Assembly: GCA_944384695.1 (NCBI GenBank)
Contig: CALWUQ010000009.1
Span: 1,297 to 33,296 of the forward strand
Reading direction: 5' to 3'
DNA length: 32,000 nt
DNA from: an uncultured Agathobaculum sp.
GTDB lineage: Bacteria > Bacillota > Clostridia > Oscillospirales > Butyricicoccaceae
Part shown: piece after piece, positions 20,970 to 25,892 of the stretch
Layout of the letters: the number at the start of each line of letters is the position of its first letter
Numbering within the stretch: the stretch's first letter is position 1
Notes under the pieces: generated by a model
Database searches by the model: none
What the model saw: only the letters and a program-made list of their open reading frames with translations
What the model was told of the DNA's origin: nothing
Translations under genes and position numbers: made by a program

Positions 20970-21197
20970 TTAGTTGTCCTCATCATCAGGAATATATTCC
21001 ATTATGTCTCCGGGTTGACATTGGAAAAGTGCACATAACCTGTTGATGGTCTCGGTGTCAACACGCTGAGTTTTTGATAATTTATCGGATAATACTTTAT
21101 CAAGTATATTCGGATTAAAACCCATTTTGCGCAAATCGTATTTTTTTAGTCCTAATCGCTCCATTTGCTGGGCAACTTTTTTCATAGTAATTGCCAT
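20970..21197 (-). CDS. small Cro/C1-type HTH protein (HTH_26-like), paralog 2
   Basis: 75 aa. The C-terminus ...RLCALFQCQPGDIMEYIPDD is nearly identical to the downstream paralog. It lies 24 nt from paralog 1, so they are probably co-transcribed. Confidence 0.75.
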   Translation of the reverse strand: MAITMKKVAQQMERLGLKKYDLRKMGFNPNILDKVLSDKLSKTQRVDTETINRLCALFQCQPGDIMEYIPDDEDN

Positions 21198-21229
21198 GAA
21201 GAAGTACCTCTATAATTATAGCATAAAAG

Positions 21230-21319
21230 TGTACGAACAATAGTACAAAATATCAACAAAATAATGTACTCAAGTTCGTACAATATCACGATTTACAATA
21301 TTGTACTAACTCTGATACA
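21230..21319. promoter_or_regulatory. three operator-like 18-bp palindromes TGTAC-N8-GTACA
   Basis: O1 at 21230-21247 is TGTACgaacaataGTACA. O2 at 21265-21282 is TGTACtcaagttcGTACA. O3 at 21302-21319 is TGTACtaactctgATACA (one mismatch). Centres are 35 and 37 bp apart. A minus-strand extended -10 (TGCTATAAT, revcomp of 21215-21223) sits just before the paralog-2 start. Confidence 0.55.
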
Positions 21320-21321
21320 AT
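21292..21321 (+). promoter_or_regulatory. candidate plus-strand promoter overlapping O3
   Basis: TTTACA (21292-21297), 18-nt spacer, TGATACAAT, which is an extended -10 with TACAAT at 21316-21321. It points into a 190-nt ORF-free stretch and then the 3' end of the PH-SHOCT gene. Confidence 0.4.
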
Positions 21322-21508
21322 ACACATGGTGATAGCAAGTCACTGTGTGTTCCTTAATAACTCAACAGCAAGGGTGCGCTCCTATGAAGCCAGCGCCGGG
21401 TAGTTGCAGACCGTTAGGTATCCCATAGCGAAGAGTAACAGCAAATGTACATGGCTCAAGTGTGCAAAATGTAGCGCCAAGGAAAGATTAGTTAATAGAT
21501 TCGGTTGC

Positions 21509-22072
21509 TTACAGTCCTAAAATCTGTTTTTTCTTTGCGTCAAATTCTTCTTGAGTTAGCACACCAGCATCCAAGAGTTCTTTTAGCTCATAAAGCAGAC
21601 TAATTTGGTCATCAACTTCCTTTTGCGGGTTAGTTGACTGTGCCTTAGGCGTAGGCTGCTTGAGGTCTACTAAAAGATTATGCAGACGTTCACTAACATT
21701 TTTCGCCTGACTCTTCTCAAGAGCAACTTTAAACTGTTCCCTGATAGTGTCAACTGTGATAGTACCAAGAGCAAGCCCTGAAGAAAATGTAATATCATTG
21801 ATCTGATCGAGCGCAACACTTATCAGGTTTTCTCCAATGAATTTCTTTTGGGCAAGAATAAAACGGCGATTTGTAACAGCATAAGCATAGTTGCCATCGT
21901 GTTTTGACGCGGATTGGTAATTATGTAGACCTTCAAATACGAACAGTACTTGTTCGTCTGGCTGCAATGCGTTTTGGATCAGTGTAAAGTGCTTCATATC
22001 CCAACTTTTCATTGATCCTTGTCCAAGATGATTTGCAACGCAAAACTGAATCATTTCTTCTGCGGTTCGCAT
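21509..22072 (-). CDS. bacterial PH-domain (YokE-like) protein with C-terminal SHOCT domain
   Basis: 187 aa. ...YAYAVTNRRFILAQKKFIGENLISVALDQINDITFSSGLALGTITVDT... matches the YokE-like bPH pattern. The C-terminal LLYELKELLDAGVLTQEEFDAKKKQILG is a SHOCT motif. Confidence 0.8.
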   Translation of the reverse strand: MRTAEEMIQFCVANHLGQGSMKSWDMKHFTLIQNALQPDEQVLFVFEGLHNYQSASKHDGNYAYAVTNRRFILAQKKFIGENLISVALDQINDITFSSGLALGTITVDTIREQFKVALEKSQAKNVSERLHNLLVDLKQPTPKAQSTNPQKEVDDQISLLYELKELLDAGVLTQEEFDAKKKQILGL

Positions 22073-22091
22073 CTTAAATCCCCCTTAAAGA

Positions 22092-22119
22092 TTGACAAAA
22101 TTAGCCAATCTTGTATAAT
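22092..22119 (+). promoter_or_regulatory. near-consensus sigma-A promoter
   Basis: TTGACA (22092-22097), 16-nt spacer, TATAAT (22114-22119). It is divergent from the PH-SHOCT start at 22072. Confidence 0.6.
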
Positions 22120-22125
22120 GGTATT

Positions 22126-22191
22126 GGAGGACTGTGAAACACTCCATCTTTGCCCGTTCCGGTGGTAGCGCACCGGGGCGGGCGCTTTTTT
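22126..22191 (+). ncRNA. candidate ~66-nt small RNA (or leader/attenuator) defined by promoter plus intrinsic terminator
   Basis: 5' hairpin TGGAG(22125-22129)/CTCCA(22142-22146). Terminator hairpin GCCCGUUCCGGUG-GUAGCG-CACCGGGGCGGGC at 22152-22183 has 13 pairs including two G-U, followed by GC and T6 (22186-22191). No SD or start codon lies inside. Confidence 0.45.
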
Positions 22192-22372
22192 ATGGTGTCC
22201 AATTTGAACACCGATATTTTTGATGATATGCAATATATTGATTTACCCTTGCCAAAATCCAAGATGTGGTGTATTATTGAAAATACAAACACTTGTTCGA
22301 TTTTGGGAGGGGTTAGGATGACAGAAAGACAAAAGCGAATGAAAGAACTGCTGATTCAATCAGACGCGGAAA

Positions 22373-22723
22373 TCACTGACCAGATTCTTTCTGCTGTTTT
22401 AGCCAAATTCGGTACTCCGCCTGTTGAATCAAATCGTCCTGATCCTGCTCAGGAAGCTTGTCCATCATTTCCAAAATCTTAATCTGCTTTTCCGTTAACC
22501 CGCTTATATCTTCGGATGTGAGCGGGTTTTTTATATATGTGTTGCCAATCAGGTAATCGGTTGAAACATTAAACAAATTCGCTATTTTACGCAATGTTTT
22601 CCTGTCTGGTTCGAATGTTCCATTTTCCCATCCAGAAACAGTAGACTGCCCAACATTAAGAATTTTGGCGAGTTCAGATTGTTTCATTCCTGCTTCTTTA
22701 CGCAATTGCTTTATGATACGCAC
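22373..22723 (-). CDS. XRE family (cI-like) HTH repressor
   Basis: 116 aa from GTG 22723, after AAGGGGG. It contains the classic HTH_3 segment MKQSELAKILNVGQSTVSGWENG...L.KIA.LF.VS.DYL. Confidence 0.85.
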   Translation of the reverse strand: MRIIKQLRKEAGMKQSELAKILNVGQSTVSGWENGTFEPDRKTLRKIANLFNVSTDYLIGNTYIKNPLTSEDISGLTEKQIKILEMMDKLPEQDQDDLIQQAEYRIWLKQQKESGQ

Positions 22724-22737
22724 ATACTCGCCCCCTT

Positions 22738-22869
22738 ACTGATATTAGTTTAACTGATATTAGAAGGCGTCGCAATGAAATATCTGAAAATATGAAAAAT
22801 TACATTGACATATCAGAAAATATCAGTTATATTAAATATCAGAAATACTAATATATCATAAAATATCAG
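22738..22869. promoter_or_regulatory. operator array of short ATATCAG/CTGATAT repeats in a divergent promoter region
   Basis: ACTGATATTAG occurs twice (22738-22748, 22753-22763). ATATCAG occurs four times in the opposite orientation (22810-22816, 22820-22826, 22836-22842, 22863-22869), with degenerate copies at 22780-22786 and 22853-22859. A minus-strand promoter candidate is TTGCGA-N17-TAAACT (revcomp of 22770-22775 and 22747-22752). Confidence 0.55.
22805..22833 (+). promoter_or_regulatory. rightward (early, PR-like) promoter
   Basis: TTGACA (22805-22810), 17-nt spacer containing two ATATCAG repeats, TATATT (22828-22833). Confidence 0.55.
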
Positions 22870-22887
22870 AAAGGGGGTGAGAGGGTA

Positions 22888-22925
22888 CGAAATTAAAGAA
22901 ACCCCACTTGCGGCTACAAGTGAGG
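22888..22925 (-). terminator. rho-independent terminator (minus strand) after the 97-aa ORF
   Basis: The minus strand reads CCUCACUUG-UAGCCG-CAAGUGGGG, 9 pairs with one G-U that would be a C-A mismatch on the plus strand. TTTCTTTAATTT follows. Confidence 0.6.
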
Positions 22926-22947
22926 TTAAACCAGACTTTCGCCGAAT

Positions 22948-23241
22948 TTACGGAGTGCATGCCATGCATCGCTGCATGGTAGGGCGAGCGTTCACCTTCT
23001 TAACAAAAGATTCAGATGTGCGATTATGTGTAATTGAACCTTCAGGTGTGGCCAGACCGAACGGGCTCAGTTTCTTCAACTGAGCCAGCGCGATCAGTCC
23101 GGAGGATGGCTTGACGAAACTAATTGCACCATCAGCGCTTGTAAATGCGCTGGTAACAGGGCTTGTCAGGCTACTCTTCACTACGGTCGAACGCAGCGAA
23201 GTGATAGCACCGGACATGATATCATTCTTCGTCGCGTTCAT
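22948..23241 (-). CDS. hypothetical Ser/Thr-rich 97-aa protein with C-terminal CxxC
   Basis: ATG 23241 is preceded by GGAGAAAT, and a strand-specific terminator lies 23 nt after the stop. A candidate promoter is TTGCGT-N17-TATACT (revcomp of 23431-23436 and 23408-23413). No family recognised. Confidence 0.45.
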   Translation of the reverse strand: MNATKNDIMSGAITSLRSTVVKSSLTSPVTSAFTSADGAISFVKPSSGLIALAQLKKLSPFGLATPEGSITHNRTSESFVKKVNARPTMQRCMACTP

Positions 23242-23473
23242 ATTTCTCCAAATTTGTTACCCATAAGTGGGGCTGCGTCATTTCTGCGCAGCTCTCACGG
23301 TCGCCCGTGAGTTCAGACTGTGCCTTCAACCACGAGGGTTGCTCCGTGTCCAGTCGTTACACCTTCCGCATCAGCGGCTTGGCTCGGCGTTATCTGGTTG
23401 TGATGTCAGTATACAACACGAACAGGGAAAACGCAAGCAACGTTCGGATATGGGAGAGAGGAGGTGAGAGGGG

Positions 23474-23701
23474 ATGGAACAAGAGTTTGACGAGCGCTTT
23501 TGGGTATGTGTCTCACGCCATTGCGTAGCCGCGCATGAAAGCGCATGCGAGAAAACGCCCGTACACTGGGGAGAAATCTGTGCGTCATGCCAGTATGTCC
23601 ACCAGTGCTACAAGACAGGAAACGACGGTTATTGGCCGACAGCCAATGCCATTTTAAGAAAGAAAAGCGGCATTGGCTGTCAATTTGCGCGGATGAAGTA
23701 G
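23474..23701 (+). CDS. hypothetical Cys-rich 75-aa protein
   Basis: Strong SD GGAGGTGAGAGG precedes ATG 23474. Seven Cys including CxxC (CASCQYVHQC). No family recognised. Confidence 0.6.
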   Translation: MEQEFDERFWVCVSRHCVAAHESACEKTPVHWGEICASCQYVHQCYKTGNDGYWPTANAILRKKSGIGCQFARMK

Positions 23702-23703
23702 GA

Positions 23704-23913
23704 TTAGTAAACAGATTTTTGATAAACCGGGCATTCGAAACCTTCTTGAGATGCTCCGGGGCACTCGCCTATCGCGCGAGCGCTACAAAGGTAGGTTGAT
23801 TTGTCGTAGTAAGTTCCGGTGTCTCCACATACTTCTATCTTTTCAAACTCAACTCGGACAGACACCGGTTTTTTACTCAGCGGGCAACTACAGCGATAGG
23901 TTTTTGAAACCAT
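23704..23913 (-). CDS. hypothetical Cys-rich 69-aa protein
   Basis: ATG 23913 is preceded by GGAAGGAGGTGGAAC. Six Cys (CxC...C...C...C...C). Convergent with the previous gene, with stops 2 nt apart. The track start at 23946 lies upstream of the SD. Confidence 0.6.
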   Translation of the reverse strand: MVSKTYRCSCPLSKKPVSVRVEFEKIEVCGDTGTYYDKSTYLCSARAIGECPGASQEGFECPVYQKSVY

Positions 23914-23928
23914 AGTTCCACCTCCTTC

Positions 23929-23956
23929 CTGCTTCCATGGTAACACATGGAAGCAG
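23929..23956. repeat. perfect 11-bp inverted repeat with 6-nt spacer in a divergent intergenic region
   Basis: CTGCTTCCATG-gtaaca-CATGGAAGCAG, lying between the starts at 23913 (-) and 23989 (+). Confidence 0.7.
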
Positions 23957-23988
23957 AGGGGGCAAGGAGTGATAGGGAGGTGAGAGGA

Positions 23989-24261
23989 ATGGACAAGAAA
24001 GTGTTAAAAGAATTGCGGAACATGAAAAAAAGAATTGATGTGCTGGAACGCAACCAGACAGCACCGTCTTATTACTTTGGCGAGATGAATCTCGCAGGAG
24101 TAGTTCGCATGGTTGAAACATTAACGAAAACCAGACAGAAAAAAGAAATAGCGTCTCCTAAAATCGAAAAACGAGCAGATGTTGCTTTTGTGGCATCGAT
24201 TGCGGCGTTGATCTGCGGAATTATCGCACTCTGTCTGAGAGTATTTGAACTATTCCTGTAA
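23989..24261 (+). CDS. hypothetical tail-anchored small membrane protein
   Basis: ATG 23989 lies after GGGAGGTGAGAGG. 90 aa with a charged coiled N-part and a single C-terminal hydrophobic helix VAFVASIAALICGIIALCLRVF. Confidence 0.6.
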   Translation: MDKKVLKELRNMKKRIDVLERNQTAPSYYFGEMNLAGVVRMVETLTKTRQKKEIASPKIEKRADVAFVASIAALICGIIALCLRVFELFL

Positions 24262-24327
24262 TTGCTGCCAGCGTACTGAAGAAAAGAGTAAGTCTTTTGT
24301 AGTACATGGAACGAGAAGCGATAAGGA

Positions 24328-24507
24328 GGTGAGCGCTTGGATCAATCCTTGCAATTTCATGATGAAATCATCTTGAGATTTAGGCAGGGTCGATTGCAGG
24401 AAGTCATTATCGACGGTATACGGCAAAATGATGTGAAAGCCTTTTCGATTGCGGCATCTCCGACGCAAGTCGCTTCCTACCTGATTGAGCATTCGACCGT
24501 ATATTCA
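24328..24507 (+). CDS. hypothetical 59-aa protein (TTG start; below the track length cut-off)
   Basis: Own translation gives (M)DQSLQFHDEIILRFRQGRLQEVIIDGIRQNDVKAFSIAASPTQVASYLIEHSTVYSDS. TTG 24328 lies 6 nt after AAGGAGGTGA (24314-24323). Confidence 0.5.
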
Positions 24508-24544
24508 GATTCCTAAGAACAAGAACCGGAAAGGGGTGAATAAC

Positions 24545-24745
24545 ATGAAAACCATCAAGCGATACCGCGAAGAGCGCGGCATCAAGCAGATCGAGCTTGC
24601 GGCGCACTTCGGTGTATCTCAGCCGACGGTTGTCAGATGGGAGCAGGAGGGTGTGTACCCACCCTGTCAAGTGATGCCTGAGCTTGCGGCCTTTCTCGGC
24701 TGCACGACCGATGAACTGTATGAAACGAAAAAGGAGGTGAGCTAA
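24545..24745 (+). CDS. Cro-like XRE family HTH protein
   Basis: 66 aa from ATG 24545, after AAAGGGGTGA. Contains IKQIELAAHFGVSQPTVVRWEQ, an HTH_3-type motif. Confidence 0.8.
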   Translation: MKTIKRYREERGIKQIELAAHFGVSQPTVVRWEQEGVYPPCQVMPELAAFLGCTTDELYETKKEVS

Positions 24746-24746
24746 G

Positions 24747-24968
24747 TTGAGCAAACAGGGTGATTTGCAATTCGTTGCAAACCTTGAGAAGTATCGTGTT
24801 TTGTCGGGGCTGCCGGATCACACAGCGCTTGCCAAGCGCATCATGGTATCGCGGCAGCTACTGCACCGACGATTGGAGCAGCCGGGCAATCTGACTGTTA
24901 ACGAACTGCGCCGGATTTCGACTGTGCTGGGCATGCCCGCAGAGGAAATGCTGTCACTGTTCAAGTGA
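24747..24968 (+). CDS. small HTH-like protein
   Basis: TTG 24747 lies 6 nt after AAGGAGGTGA. 73 aa with HTALAKRIMVSRQLLHRRLEQPGNLTVNELRRISTVLGM, resembling an XRE/HTH fold. Confidence 0.55.
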   Translation: MSKQGDLQFVANLEKYRVLSGLPDHTALAKRIMVSRQLLHRRLEQPGNLTVNELRRISTVLGMPAEEMLSLFK

Positions 24969-25006
24969 TGGGTGCATTATACCATGAAAAAAGGAGGTGA
25001 ACCAGT

Positions 25007-25474
25007 GTGTGTGAGTACCGGAATATCTATCAAACCGCGCGTTTGAATACCGGTTTTACGCAGGAATTCGTATCGGAGCGCATTGGTATTTCTGTTGAAA
25101 GCCTGCGAAAATATGAGACGGGGCAGCGAAGGCCACCGGATGCCGTTGTTTGGCGTATGGCGACGTTGTATAGTTCCATGCTCTTGTGCTACCAGCATCT
25201 TGCGTCGGGTGAGTTGGGAGGCATGTTGCCGGACGTGCGGCAAAAGTCGCTTGAGCAGGCAACACTGCGTTTTGTGCGCCTGTTCGGCGAGTTTGCCAAG
25301 AGCGGCCATCTGGATCAGCTGATGGAGATCAACGAGGACGGCATCATCACAGCAGAAGAGCGTCCACTGCACGACGCAATCATGGCGGAGCTGCAAGAAC
25401 TCACGACGACATATCTCGAACTGGGCTGTGCCGCACAAAAAGAAAGCGCCCAGTGCGGCGGCAACCGCGACTGA
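25007..25474 (+). CDS. XRE family HTH protein with ~90-aa C-terminal extension
   Basis: GTG 25007 lies 6 nt after AAGGAGGTGA. The N-terminus has FTQEFVSERIGISVESLRKYETGQRRP. The C-terminal domain is unrecognised. Confidence 0.75.
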   Translation: MCEYRNIYQTARLNTGFTQEFVSERIGISVESLRKYETGQRRPPDAVVWRMATLYSSMLLCYQHLASGELGGMLPDVRQKSLEQATLRFVRLFGEFAKSGHLDQLMEINEDGIITAEERPLHDAIMAELQELTTTYLELGCAAQKESAQCGGNRD

Positions 25475-25556
25475 GCGCAAATAAAATTGAACTTACTTAC
25501 AGGATACCGGAAAAGCCCGGCGCTGTCAAGAGGCCGCGCCGGGGGAAAGGGAAAAC

Positions 25557-25757
25557 ATGAAACTCGTAGAGGTGAAATTTGAGATCCCAGAGGATCTGGA
25601 GCCGCGCATTGCGGCGTTAGCTGCGGAAATGGGGCTATCTTTTGATTTGGCCGCGCAACTACTGCTGTGGGACGGATTTGTCACGCATTTGCGCAGCTCG
25701 ATTGAGCGGGCGGAACAAGAACTGCGAGAGCCGTTAGCGGAGGAGGTGGCGGTATGA
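25557..25757 (+). CDS. hypothetical acidic 66-aa protein
   Basis: ATG 25557 lies after GGGGGAAAGGGAAAAC. High-GC codon usage matches its neighbours. Confidence 0.5.
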   Translation: MKLVEVKFEIPEDLEPRIAALAAEMGLSFDLAAQLLLWDGFVTHLRSSIERAEQELREPLAEEVAV

Positions 25758-25861
25758 TCTACGCCATCCTTGCCATGCTCGGGGTGGGCTGCGCCTACCT
25801 CGCCCTTGGCATGCTGGTGGACAGGCTCACCCAGCCGATGGAACGGAGGGGACGGCGGTGA
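25754..25861 (+). CDS. hypothetical 35-aa single-pass membrane peptide
   Basis: Own translation gives MIYAILAMLGVGCAYLALGMLVDRLTQPMERRGRR. ATGA overlap with the upstream stop, and GGAGGAGGTGG SD upstream. Confidence 0.4.
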   Translation: MIYAILAMLGVGCAYLALGMLVDRLTQPMERRGRR

Positions 25862-25892
25862 GCGTGCCGGACAAGAAGGGAGGCGGCGTATT

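Noticed and set aside
22150-22482. 110-aa plus-strand ORF, and its internal 54-aa version starting at ATG 22318 after GGGAGG.
   Set aside because: The long version starts inside the terminator hairpin and crosses the T6 tract. The short version has a good SD, but two thirds of it overlaps the 3' end of the well-supported XRE repressor gene in antisense, and that part has an unconvincing sequence (GTPPVESNRPDPAQEACPSFPKS). It is left as unresolved rather than called.
22738-22869. The cluster of short repeats could superficially suggest a CRISPR-like array.
   Set aside because: The repeats are only 7-11 nt, irregularly spaced at 10-27 bp, occur in both orientations, and sit between divergent promoters. 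They were interpreted as operators.
22877-23083. 68-aa plus-strand ORF with a GTG start immediately after the early promoter.
   Set aside because: The GTG lies inside the SD-like G-run, so there is no spacing. It overlaps the minus-strand 97-aa ORF, which has an SD, a candidate promoter and a strand-specific terminator. It cannot be fully excluded (see the orphan SD finding).
24250-24754. Minus-strand ORFs 24250..24492 (80 aa) and 24407..24754 (115 aa).
   Set aside because: They have no SD. They are antisense to SD-led plus-strand genes (24328..24507 and the Cro-like HTH at 24545..24745), and their translations are featureless.
25516-25543. GC-rich hairpin CCCGGCGC-N12-GCGCCGGG between the 155-aa HTH gene and the next gene.
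   Set aside because: No U-tract follows (GGAAAGGG instead), so it is not an intrinsic terminator. Function is unknown and there is too little evidence to call a feature.
25770-25892. Upstream extensions of track ORFs: replication protein from 25770, ParB-like from 28767, 211-aa ORF from 27533, integrase from 20694, lrgB from 5342, DUF4364 from 6395, PAT from 6308.
   Set aside because: In each case an internal start with a proper SD removes the overlap with the upstream gene or hairpin, and the remaining protein begins where family similarity begins.
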